Part shown: positions 1-8,270 of the stretch, piece after piece
How positions within the stretch are numbered: the stretch's first letter is position 1
Layout of the letters: each line of letters opens with the position of its first letter
NCBI GenBank assembly: GCA_016928955.1
Contig: JAFGJV010000048.1
Coordinates: 62,001-102,093 of the forward strand
DNA from: Spirochaetales bacterium
GTDB taxonomy: Bacteria > Spirochaetota > Spirochaetia > Treponematales > UBA12059
Reading direction: 5' to 3'
DNA length: 40,093 nucleotides
The notes under the pieces: model-generated
What the model was told of the DNA's origin: nothing
Databases searched by the model: none
What the model saw: the letters and a program-made list of their open reading frames with translations, nothing else
Made by a program: the position numbers and the translations under genes

Positions 1-68
1 ACACTGACGGTCCCTCCCTGTGCGGCTCGCCGGACATGGCCGGCCTTGCCGGTATATGCTTAAAGCCC

Positions 69-97
69 ATACTACCCGAACGTAGAAGCCGGGGCAA
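69..97 (-). promoter_or_regulatory. Putative sigma70 promoter for a divergent gene starting at or beyond the left edge
   Basis: Minus strand TTGCCC(97-92)-17 nt-TAGTAT(74-69). Downstream there is a GGAGG SD and a GTG at 4-2 that runs off the window. Confidence 0.5.
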
Positions 98-110
98 CGC
101 CCCGGGGCGC

Positions 111-139
111 TTGTACCGCTTTCCAGGGCGTGCTAGCCT
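111..139 (+). promoter_or_regulatory. Putative sigma70 promoter, leaderless configuration
   Basis: TTGTAC(111-116)-17-TAGCCT(134-139) with an extended TG. It lies 6 nt before GTG 146 and there is no SD. Confidence 0.55.
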
Positions 140-145
140 TGGGGC

Positions 146-1126
146 GTGAACGTAGAATTCCACTATTACGCCATACACGCCCTGGCCCTTGAGGCCGGCT
201 TTGACGCTGACACGGCCAGGATCATGGCCTCAGCCTCCCAATACGTCGACACGTCGACCACGGCCCTGGCGTTCGACGCTCCACAAGGCCGGGTGGACGT
301 GGCCGTGACCCAGAATTACGTGTTCTGGGACGACTCGGTGCGGCGAGACATCTACCTGCCCTTCCACTTCCTGCCTGGAGAGCCCCAGGTCAGCTCTGCC
401 CTGCGCAAGGACGGCGCGTCCAACCCATACGCGGTCACGGCAAACAGCACCCTGGCAAAGGAGCTGCTGGTGGGCGCCTTCAGGGACAAGGATCCGTACA
501 TAATGGGCGTGGCCCTCCACGCCTTTGCCGACACCTGGGCCCACCAGAACTTTGCCGCGCAATCGGCGTCCTGGAACGAGCTGGACTCGGGCATGTCCGC
601 CCTGGGCCTACCGGCTGCAGGCCACCTGCACGCCCTGTCCGCTCCGGACGAGCCGGACAGGACCTGGACGGACAGCCGCCTTGTGCCCGCCGAGCGGACC
701 GTGGTCAACACGCGGCGTTTCGCCGACGCGGCGCGGAAGATTTTCCGTTACTTCAGGGTATTCCTGGGCAAGCCCTTTGACGACGACGACTTGGTTGTCG
801 AGCGCCTGGCGTCCATCTGGGCGGATCCGTCCAGGGACGGGCGCCTGGCCGAGTACTGCATACGCTACGACCTTGGCCCCTGGGACGCCCAGTCGTGGCG
901 CCTGGCGGCCGGCGCGCCTCCTGACCGCTCCCCGCTTGCGGGGGTGCGCCACTACGACAAGCTGGCATGGGCCAAGGCCGAGCTGGCCCGCGCCCTGCGA
1001 GGCGGCCTGAAAGCCATACCCGTGTCGTCGTCCTTGTACCAAAGCGAGCTCTATCAGTGGCACCAAGCCGCCACGGAGTACCGCCTAAGGGCCCAGGCGG
1101 CCCTGGCCAAACGGGGGCTGTTGTGA
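146..1126 (+). CDS. DUF6765-like protein, possible His/Asp metal-dependent hydrolase
   Basis: 326-aa ORF with N-terminal MNVEFHYY and PFHFLPG, LHAFADTWAHQNF and GH motifs that I recognise from the DUF6765 family. Confidence 0.7.
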   Translation: MNVEFHYYAIHALALEAGFDADTARIMASASQYVDTSTTALAFDAPQGRVDVAVTQNYVFWDDSVRRDIYLPFHFLPGEPQVSSALRKDGASNPYAVTANSTLAKELLVGAFRDKDPYIMGVALHAFADTWAHQNFAAQSASWNELDSGMSALGLPAAGHLHALSAPDEPDRTWTDSRLVPAERTVVNTRRFADAARKIFRYFRVFLGKPFDDDDLVVERLASIWADPSRDGRLAEYCIRYDLGPWDAQSWRLAAGAPPDRSPLAGVRHYDKLAWAKAELARALRGGLKAIPVSSSLYQSELYQWHQAATEYRLRAQAALAKRGLL

Positions 1127-1971
1127 ACACCCGTGCGCGCGCGGCGGGTCCGCTGTTCCTGCTCCTGGCGCTCGCGTCCTGCGCGTCCGGCCCGTCCCTG
1201 CCCTCGGACGCCGAGCCCGAACGCCTCCTGCCAGCTGGCGCCCTGGCCTACGCCAAGCTGGACCGCGAGCTGTTCAGGGCGGCCGCAGCCGCTCTTGGCG
1301 GCCCCGACGCCGCGCGTTCGGCCAAGGCCCTTGTGGACCGCACGGACACCGTGTGGGTGGCCGTGAGCGCTCAGTCGTCTGGCGATCCCGGCCTGCTAGC
1401 CGTGGCCAGGGGACGCTATCCCTCCGCTGGTTCCTTGGCTTTGGCCCTGCGTTCGGGCTGGCACAGGGACGGCCTATCGTGGGCGCAGGACTCGGGTCCC
1501 TTCCGCGTTGCGTCCGCCGGCACCAAGGCCCTGGCCTTTGGCACGGTGGCCCTGGACGGCGTCCTGAGCGCGATCACGATGCCCGGGCCCCATCCCATTC
1601 CGGACGATTGGCGCGCCGCCTGGGACGCGGACGTGGCCGTGTTCGTGCCCCGGCCCCTGGCCAGTCTTGCCGGTTCCCTGGGCATGGATCCGGACGCGGC
1701 GCCCCTGGAGGCGGCCATGGTCGCGGCCAGGCAGGACGGAGACGCCTACCGCGCGGAGCTGGTGTTCGGTTTCGCCGACGAGCGTTCGGCCAGGATATTC
1801 GCGCCCCTGTGCAGGCTCATCCTCTACGGGGCCGCGCACAGCCTGTGGTCGCCCCGGGCCAATGACATACTGTCAGCGGCCGAGTGGACCGTAGCAGGCC
1901 GGCGGGTCACGGCGCATGATTTCAGCCTGGATGCCGCCGAACTGGCCGCCTTCCTCACAGCCCTGCAATAA
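1123..1971 (+). CDS. Putative lipoprotein of unknown function
   Basis: In-frame GTG at 1123 overlaps the upstream stop (GTGA). Signal peptide with lipobox LALASC. The ORF-track start at 967 lies inside the upstream gene. Confidence 0.7.
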   Translation: MNTRARAAGPLFLLLALASCASGPSLPSDAEPERLLPAGALAYAKLDRELFRAAAAALGGPDAARSAKALVDRTDTVWVAVSAQSSGDPGLLAVARGRYPSAGSLALALRSGWHRDGLSWAQDSGPFRVASAGTKALAFGTVALDGVLSAITMPGPHPIPDDWRAAWDADVAVFVPRPLASLAGSLGMDPDAAPLEAAMVAARQDGDAYRAELVFGFADERSARIFAPLCRLILYGAAHSLWSPRANDILSAAEWTVAGRRVTAHDFSLDAAELAAFLTALQ

Positions 1972-3211
1972 AGTCGGCCACGGCCATGACCAGCGCGCCT
2001 GACACGTTGTAGCTCGGGTCGCTGAAGGCGGCGTTGTTGACAGCCACGTCGGCGGATACTTCCTTGAGCACATGGTTCATGCCGGGGACTAGCACCGTTT
2101 CCGCCCGCGGGGCTGCCTCCGTCAGGGCGGAAAAATCGGCTACCGTGGCCTGCAGGTCCATGTCGCCCTGTATGATGACCAGGCGGCCCGTGTAGGCCGG
2201 CAGCAGGGCTTCCAGGTCGTAGCGGAAAGCCTCGATCAGGTAGGGTTGCAGCGACGGGCGCAAGGCCGACGCGTAAAAGGGCGCAACGTCCCGCACGGTG
2301 CGTCCGGCCAGCAGTTCGGCCACAATGGCCTGGCCTTCAGCCCGTTGTTCCTCGGGCGCCTGGGCCACGGCGTCCTGTATGGCGTCCAGCGGGCTGTCCG
2401 CCGACGCGCAGGCAACCAGGAGACCGGCGGCCGTGGTCTTGCCCGCGGCGGCGGCCGCGACCAGGGCACCGTCGTTCAGGCCGAACAGCCACACGGAGGA
2501 AAAGCGCCGGTCGGCCGCCATGGTCGCCGTAACGTCCACAAGGTCGGATACCCAGGCGTCAAAGGACAATTCGCTTTCCGTGGATACCTGCCAGGTAGCC
2601 AGGCCGCTTCCCCGCTTGTCGTAGCGGTACGACGCCACGCCCTCGGCGGCCAGTTTTGCGGCCAGCTGGGCAAGGGCGTCGTGCCGGCCCGCCAGGTTGT
2701 AGTTGTTGCCGTTCCTGTCCGCCACGCCGAGTCCGGCATGGAGTATCACCAGGGGTACGGGCCCCCCGGTATTTTCAGGCAGGGTCAGGGTGCCCGGAAG
2801 AACGCGGCCGTCTCGCGCGCGCATGTCCAGAACCGACGCGGGATCGGCCTGGAACGACGAGCGTATCATCATCAGGGTTCCGCCGGCGTCGCCCTGCCTG
2901 AAACTTCCCTTTATGGCGCTTCCGTCGGGCTTGAGGCTCATGCTGAACACGCCGCCCCCAAAGCGCCAGTAGACCTCGAGATCGGCTCCCGCGAACGTTA
3001 TGGTCGCGCTTGGGTACCCAAAAAGGTTTTCCGTTGGCAGGTCCAGCAAGGCCCCGTTCTGTCCCACCGTCAGGCCGAAGGGCAGAGCGCCCTCAGTCAG
3101 GGTCATGGCGCCTTCCCAGCGCCCCAGCCACTGGCTTTGCGCAAAGGCCTGGGGGACTGCAAGGGTAAGGGTCGCTATAAGGCAGAGTGTACGAGCGTTT
3201 CGCGGCTTCAT
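1955..3211 (-). CDS. Secreted alpha/beta-hydrolase-fold protein (nucleophile Ser replaced by Asn)
   Basis: Signal peptide (AFA-Q), then PGTLTLP, DRNGN, YRYDKRGSG, GLNDG elbow, QGDMDLQ and GMNHVLK motifs. Overlaps the convergent lipoprotein by 17 nt. Confidence 0.85.
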   Translation of the reverse strand: MKPRNARTLCLIATLTLAVPQAFAQSQWLGRWEGAMTLTEGALPFGLTVGQNGALLDLPTENLFGYPSATITFAGADLEVYWRFGGGVFSMSLKPDGSAIKGSFRQGDAGGTLMMIRSSFQADPASVLDMRARDGRVLPGTLTLPENTGGPVPLVILHAGLGVADRNGNNYNLAGRHDALAQLAAKLAAEGVASYRYDKRGSGLATWQVSTESELSFDAWVSDLVDVTATMAADRRFSSVWLFGLNDGALVAAAAAGKTTAAGLLVACASADSPLDAIQDAVAQAPEEQRAEGQAIVAELLAGRTVRDVAPFYASALRPSLQPYLIEAFRYDLEALLPAYTGRLVIIQGDMDLQATVADFSALTEAAPRAETVLVPGMNHVLKEVSADVAVNNAAFSDPSYNVSGALVMAVADFIAGL

Positions 3212-3342
3212 AGGGCCGTAGTATAGCCGAAGATAGGCGCTCCGTCGCCCTTTCTTGCGTTTCCTGGCCCAGAGGCGCCATACTGGCTGTCTGCGGGGTT
3301 TGTAGGCAACCGCAGCCTACCTTAAGACACCATGGAGGGAAA

Positions 3343-4794
3343 ATGACCGCTTTGGCGCTGTCCGCGTGTGTCGTCCTTGCGCTTTCTGCGCTCATGCTGG
3401 CCCGCGCCCTTGCGGCGGGCGCGCCCCCGCCCGCGGGCACCCTGGATCCGGGCGCTTTGGACACGTGGGCAGGGGCAGAGAACCGGCTTTCGGCTCTGGT
3501 CAGGATACCCACGGTATCCCGCTTTGATCCGGCGGACGAGGACGCGTCAGCCTTTAGCCGCTTCACGTCCGAGCTGTCCATGCTGTACCCACTGGCTCAC
3601 GGCCGCCTTCTGGCCGCCAACGCGGGTGACCGGGCCATAGTGCTCGAGTGGCCGGGTAGCGACGGCTCGCTTGCGCCGGTCATCCTCACGGCCCACTTTG
3701 ACGTGGTGCCCCCAGGCGAACGCTCGCGCTGGGACCGCGACCCCTTTGGCGGCGCCGTGGAAAACGGCTACGTGCACGGGCGCGGCACCCAGGACATAAA
3801 AATCACCCTGTGCGCGGCCATGGAAGCGGCCGAACGCCTGCTGGCCGATGGCTTTGTGCCCAAACGGACCATCTTCCTGGCCTTTGGGGGCGACGAGGAG
3901 GTGGGCGGTGTACGCGGGGCAGCCCGCATAGCGGACTATCTGGCCGGCCGCGGCATCAAGGCGTCCTTCCTGCTGGACGAGGGCGGCTTTGTGGCAGACG
4001 GTTTCCTGGGCTTTGCCGACCGGCCCCTGGCCCTGGTAGGCATAAGCGAAAAAGGCTACATGGACGTGGCGCTTGAGGCGGACGGAGCCGGAGGCCACGC
4101 GTCCATGCCGCCGCGGCATACGGCTGCCGGCGTGGTGTCCAAAGCGGTCGCCGCCATTGAGGCCCGGCCCTTCAAGGGGGTGGTGTCATACACGCTGGCG
4201 GGCTTCCTGCGCGCCCTTGTGCCCTACTCGCCGTTCATATACCGGCTTTTGTTCGGCAACCTGTGGCTGACCGCGCCCCTGGTCAAACGCGCCCTGGCCC
4301 GCTCCCCAGAGACCAATGCCCTGGTTCGCACCACGGCCGCGGCCACCATGCTGTCCGGCTCAGACAAGGAAAACGTGCTGCCGGACAAGGCTCGGGCCGT
4401 ACTCAACGTGCGCATCCTGCCCGGCTCAAGCGTTTCGGAAGCACTCGGACGGCTTGAACGGCTGGCCAGACGGGCCGGAGCCAGGGCCATCCTGGCCCAC
4501 GACGGCCACGTCAACGATCCCTTGCCGGAATCGCCTGTGGACCACGAGGGCTTTGCGGCCATATCGCGCGCCATTGCCGACAGCCACCCGGAAGCCGGCA
4601 CCATACCCTTCATGTTCACGGCGGGCACCGACACCAAGCATTACCGGAACGTAGCCCAGGCCCTGTACCGTTTCGCGCCCATACGCCAGGACCGAGCCGA
4701 CCTTGCCGGCGTCCACGGCGCCAACGAGCGTATTTCAGTGGATAACGTCCGGAGGGCCTGCCTTTTTTACTGCTCTCTGATGCGTGGTCTGTAG
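3343..4794 (+). CDS. M20/M25/M40 family metallopeptidase (carboxypeptidase S / PM20D1-like), N-terminally anchored
   Basis: Zn-binding and catalytic motifs AHFDVV, GRGTQDIK, GDEEVGG, LDEGG, GGHAS, GTDTKHY and HGANE. GGAGG SD and hydrophobic N-terminus. Confidence 0.9.
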   Translation: MTALALSACVVLALSALMLARALAAGAPPPAGTLDPGALDTWAGAENRLSALVRIPTVSRFDPADEDASAFSRFTSELSMLYPLAHGRLLAANAGDRAIVLEWPGSDGSLAPVILTAHFDVVPPGERSRWDRDPFGGAVENGYVHGRGTQDIKITLCAAMEAAERLLADGFVPKRTIFLAFGGDEEVGGVRGAARIADYLAGRGIKASFLLDEGGFVADGFLGFADRPLALVGISEKGYMDVALEADGAGGHASMPPRHTAAGVVSKAVAAIEARPFKGVVSYTLAGFLRALVPYSPFIYRLLFGNLWLTAPLVKRALARSPETNALVRTTAAATMLSGSDKENVLPDKARAVLNVRILPGSSVSEALGRLERLARRAGARAILAHDGHVNDPLPESPVDHEGFAAISRAIADSHPEAGTIPFMFTAGTDTKHYRNVAQALYRFAPIRQDRADLAGVHGANERISVDNVRRACLFYCSLMRGL

Positions 4795-4880
4795 ACGGGG
4801 CCCTGGCCGACCCGAAGGGCGCTGCAGGTACCCGCGGATTATATCCTGCCTGTCTACGGAACATTCCGCAGCTTCAGGAA

Positions 4881-5426
4881 TCACTGGCCTGCCAAGTCCA
4901 GGGTGGCGGGAAACGACAGACCCCCGGAAACAGCCGCCCTGGACCGGAACCATTCAAAGCGCTCGGCCAGGGCGGCCAGAAAGGGACAGGCGCCGGGCCC
5001 TGCTGGCCACCGGACATAGAGGTAGTATCCGGCCGGGGCGCGAAGCACGAACGATGCTCCGTCGCCGGGCGAGTACGCCGTCCAGCCCGCGCCCAGGCCA
5101 GGGCACGGCACCCGCAAGAAACCATCGGGGAGCATCACGGGATCGGGGCCGTACCACACCTCGGCCAGGGCATCCGCGCCGGGCACGGCATAGGTGGCGC
5201 CCAGGCCCGGCAGCGAGTTGCGCTCCAGAAAGGGCAGGCCCTTCACGGCCTCGGCGCCGCTCATCAGCACGGCCGTGCCCGGAGGGGCTTGTATCGTCAG
5301 GCTATCCGCGGTCGGCTGAGGGCCGGAGCCTACCCCGCCCGCGTCTGTCGACACATCGTCGTCGAGGGCGCGGCAGGACACCAGCATGGCGAGCGTCGCC
5401 AAAACCGCGGATACCCTGGGCTTCAT
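4881..5426 (-). CDS. Putative lipoprotein of unknown function, translationally coupled to glmS
   Basis: MKPRVSAVLATLAMLVSC lipoprotein signal. The ATG overlaps the glmS TGA (5423-5426). Confidence 0.7.
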   Translation of the reverse strand: MKPRVSAVLATLAMLVSCRALDDDVSTDAGGVGSGPQPTADSLTIQAPPGTAVLMSGAEAVKGLPFLERNSLPGLGATYAVPGADALAEVWYGPDPVMLPDGFLRVPCPGLGAGWTAYSPGDGASFVLRAPAGYYLYVRWPAGPGACPFLAALAERFEWFRSRAAVSGGLSFPATLDLAGQ

Positions 5427-7261
5427 TCCACCGTCACGCTTTTTGCAAGGTTCCGCGGCTGGTCCACGTCTCGCGCAAGCTCAAGCGCTATGAAATAGGC
5501 CAGAAGCTGGAGCGGCACAACCATCAGGAAGGGCTGGAAACGGGAATCTACCGCGGGTATGGGTATGTACTCGTCGGCTATGGCCATCACCTCGGCGTCG
5601 CCCTGTTCCGCCACCGCTATGACGGGGCCGCCCCTGGCCTTGATCTCCTTCATGTTGCTGATGGTCTTTTCCCGCAGGTGGTCGTTGGGCACCAGGAACA
5701 CGCTGGGCGTGTCGGGGCTGACCAGGGCTATGGGCCCGTGCTTGATCTCGCCGGCGGCGTAGCCCTCTGCGTGCACGTAGGAAATTTCCTTGAGCTTGAG
5801 GGCGCCTTCCAGGGCTATGGGATACAGCAGCCCCCGGCCAAGGAAGAGGAAATCCTGGGCCTTGGAGTAGCGCTTGGCTATGGCCTGCACGTGGTCGCGC
5901 TGGCCCAGGGTATCCCTGACCAGGCCGGGCACGGCCTTCAGCTGTTCAAGATAGCGCGTCCCCTCGTGGTGGGGCATGTCGTGCATGCGGGCAAAGCTCA
6001 ACGCAAGGAGGTAGAAGGCCGCCAGCTGGCTGGTGAAGGCCTTGGTGGACGCCACCGCTATCTCGGGACCCGAGTGTACGTACACCCCGCCGTCGCTCTC
6101 CCTCGGAATGGTCGACCCCACAACGTTGCATATACCCAGCACCGTGCCGCCCCTGCGCTGGATTTCGCGCATGGCGTAGAGCGTGTCGGCCGTCTCGCCG
6201 GACTGCGACACGGCAAAGTACAGGCTGGACGGCTCGACCACGGGATTCCGGTAGCGGAGTTCGCTGGCCAGCTCGGCCGCGGCTGGTATCCTGGCCACCG
6301 TCTCGAACAGGTGGCAGCCCACAAGGCCGGCGTGCCAGCTTGTGCCCGCCGCTATGACCCGTATGCGCTCAACGGCGTGGAGCTCCTTCTTGCTCAGGTT
6401 GAGGCCTCCGAGCTTGGCGCAGCCGTACTCGCCGTCCAGTCGGCCGGACAGGGCCCTGGCTATGGACTCGGGTTGCTCGAATATCTCCTTCTCCATGTAG
6501 CAGGAGAAGCCTTCCTTCTCTATGGCGTCCAGCTCCCAGGCCACGTGGTCTATCCGTGGATCAATGGGCCGGTCCTCCGCGTCGCTCACGCGGAATTCGT
6601 GCGGAAGCATGCTGACCACTTCGCCGTCGTTCAGGTAGACCACGCGTTTTGTATGGGCAAGCATGGCCGTCACGTCGCTGGCCAGAAGCATCTCGCCGTC
6701 GCCCACGCCCAGGACCAGGGGGCTGCCGTTGCGCGCGCCCACGATGCGGCCCGGTTCGTCCGCGTGCACGCAGGCTATGCCGTAGGTGCCCTTGAGGTGG
6801 CCGAGCGACGCCTTGAGGGCTGCTTCCAGGTCGCCCTCGTAGTTGTAGGCTATCAGGTGGGCTATCGCCTCGCTGTCCGTCTCGCTCCGGAAAACCGCGC
6901 CTTCCTTCTCCAGCATCTCCTTGAGCGACAGGTAGTTCTCTATAATGCCATTGTGGACCACCGCCAGTTTGCCCGAGTTGTCCGTGTGGGGATGCGCGTT
7001 GACGTCCGACACGCCGCCGTGGGTGGCCCAGCGCGTGTGGCCTATCCCGCAGTGGCCGGGAAGGTCCTTGGGCACTTCCTGCCTGAGGGCGGCTATCTTG
7101 CCTTTTTTCTTGATGACGACCAGGGGAGCTCCGGTCTGGGGCTCGTCCGCCTGCACGGCTATGCCGGCCGAGTCGTAGCCTCTGTACTCCAGACGCTTGA
7201 GGCCTTCCACCAGGATACGGGAAGCCTGCCTTGGGCCTGTGTAGCCCACGATTCCGCACAT
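5423..7261 (-). CDS. glmS: Glutamine--fructose-6-phosphate transaminase (isomerizing)
   Basis: Starts MCGIVG (Ntn Cys) and contains LEYRGYDSAG, HTRWATHG, HNGIIEN, SQSGETADT, VASTKAFT and C-terminal PRNLAKSVTVE. SD AGGA. True start is 7261, not 7387. Confidence 0.98.
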   Translation of the reverse strand: MCGIVGYTGPRQASRILVEGLKRLEYRGYDSAGIAVQADEPQTGAPLVVIKKKGKIAALRQEVPKDLPGHCGIGHTRWATHGGVSDVNAHPHTDNSGKLAVVHNGIIENYLSLKEMLEKEGAVFRSETDSEAIAHLIAYNYEGDLEAALKASLGHLKGTYGIACVHADEPGRIVGARNGSPLVLGVGDGEMLLASDVTAMLAHTKRVVYLNDGEVVSMLPHEFRVSDAEDRPIDPRIDHVAWELDAIEKEGFSCYMEKEIFEQPESIARALSGRLDGEYGCAKLGGLNLSKKELHAVERIRVIAAGTSWHAGLVGCHLFETVARIPAAAELASELRYRNPVVEPSSLYFAVSQSGETADTLYAMREIQRRGGTVLGICNVVGSTIPRESDGGVYVHSGPEIAVASTKAFTSQLAAFYLLALSFARMHDMPHHEGTRYLEQLKAVPGLVRDTLGQRDHVQAIAKRYSKAQDFLFLGRGLLYPIALEGALKLKEISYVHAEGYAAGEIKHGPIALVSPDTPSVFLVPNDHLREKTISNMKEIKARGGPVIAVAEQGDAEVMAIADEYIPIPAVDSRFQPFLMVVPLQLLAYFIALELARDVDQPRNLAKSVTVE

Positions 7262-7389
7262 AGAACTGTCCTTTCCTGCCGCGTTCCAGCCGCGCCGGTA
7301 GCGCCTCAGGACCGATTCCCAAAGGCATCCGGCGCCGGAAGACGGCGTCGTCGCGGGGCCGCATCTGTGGCGGCCGCGCGCTGACAAGA

Positions 7390-7418
7390 AAGGTAGCCCG
7401 CAAAGCAGGCACCGTCAA
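7390..7418 (-). promoter_or_regulatory. Putative sigma70 promoter of glmS
   Basis: TTGACG(7418-7413)-17-TACCTT(7395-7390), implying a ~120-nt 5' leader. Confidence 0.6.
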
Positions 7419-7456
7419 GGCAAGCCACGGCTACCCCGGCTTTAATACGGCCCGCC

Positions 7457-7486
7457 TTGCCCTCCGTGGCGCGCGCGGTCCATACT
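7457..7486 (+). promoter_or_regulatory. Putative promoter of birA, leaderless configuration
   Basis: TTGCCC(7457-7462)-18-CATACT(7481-7486), 6 nt before ATG 7493, no SD. Confidence 0.5.
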
Positions 7487-7492
7487 TGGCAC

Positions 7493-8236
7493 ATGGATCG
7501 TAGCGCCTTTGTCCGCTTTCACCTTGAGCGCGTAGACAGCACCATGGACGAGGCCCGCAGGCTTTCCGGAGGCGTGCCGTTCGGCTCCGTGCGCGCGGAT
7601 GCACAGCACAAGGGCAGGGGCCGCCTTCCCGGACGCGTGTGGCTGGGCGAAGCCGGGCTGGACCTGGCCTTCACCGCGTGGCTGCCCGCGGACAGTTTTG
7701 GCTCTGCCCCGCCGCCCCTCCTAGCCGGCCTGGCCGTGCTCGACGCCCTTGTGGCATGGGCCGGCGATGCTGGCTGCGCTTTCCCCGCCGGACCGTGGAT
7801 CAAGTGGCCGAACGATATACTCGGAGGGCGCGGCAAGCTGGCCGGCATACTCTGCGAAGCGTCCGGCGGCGTCCTGTATGTCGGCATCGGAGTGAACCTG
7901 GCCGGCCGCCCGGACGCTCGCGGCTTCCGGACGCCCGCGTCGTCGGTACGGAATGAGACGGGCCGGGATCCCGGTCCTGAATGCCTGGAAACAGCCATCC
8001 TGGGCCGGCTTGCGTACCTGGTGGAAAACCGAAGTGACTGGCTCGGCCGCGTCAACGGCGCCCTGGCCTACCGCGGGCAGAGCGTGTCCTTCATGCCCGG
8101 CCTGGGAAACGGCGCGCCGGTCGCCGGAACCCTGAGCGGCGTGGACGAACGCGGCCATATCGTCATAGCCACGGACAGGGGGCCAGAGGCCCACGCGTCA
8201 GGGGAGCTGGACACGGCCCGCCCCATCTGTCATTGA
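7493..8236 (+). CDS. birA: Biotin--[acetyl-CoA carboxylase] ligase, group I (no N-terminal HTH)
   Basis: VDSTM, Q-x-x-GRGR, IKWPNDI, KLAGILCE and GIGVN motifs plus a C-terminal SH3-like GVDERG. Confidence 0.92.
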   Translation: MDRSAFVRFHLERVDSTMDEARRLSGGVPFGSVRADAQHKGRGRLPGRVWLGEAGLDLAFTAWLPADSFGSAPPPLLAGLAVLDALVAWAGDAGCAFPAGPWIKWPNDILGGRGKLAGILCEASGGVLYVGIGVNLAGRPDARGFRTPASSVRNETGRDPGPECLETAILGRLAYLVENRSDWLGRVNGALAYRGQSVSFMPGLGNGAPVAGTLSGVDERGHIVIATDRGPEAHASGELDTARPICH

Positions 8237-8270
8237 CGGCGGCCCCCGGTCATAGTAAGGTAAACTGGAT

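Noticed and set aside
4800..4830. Possible SRP RNA domain IV (CCCGAAGGG hairpin)
   Set aside because: Lacks the conserved CAGG...GGAA...AGCAG internal-loop motif.
4784..7384. 866-aa plus-strand ORF
   Set aside because: Antisense shadow of glmS and the lipoprotein, expected from high GC3. No recognisable motifs.
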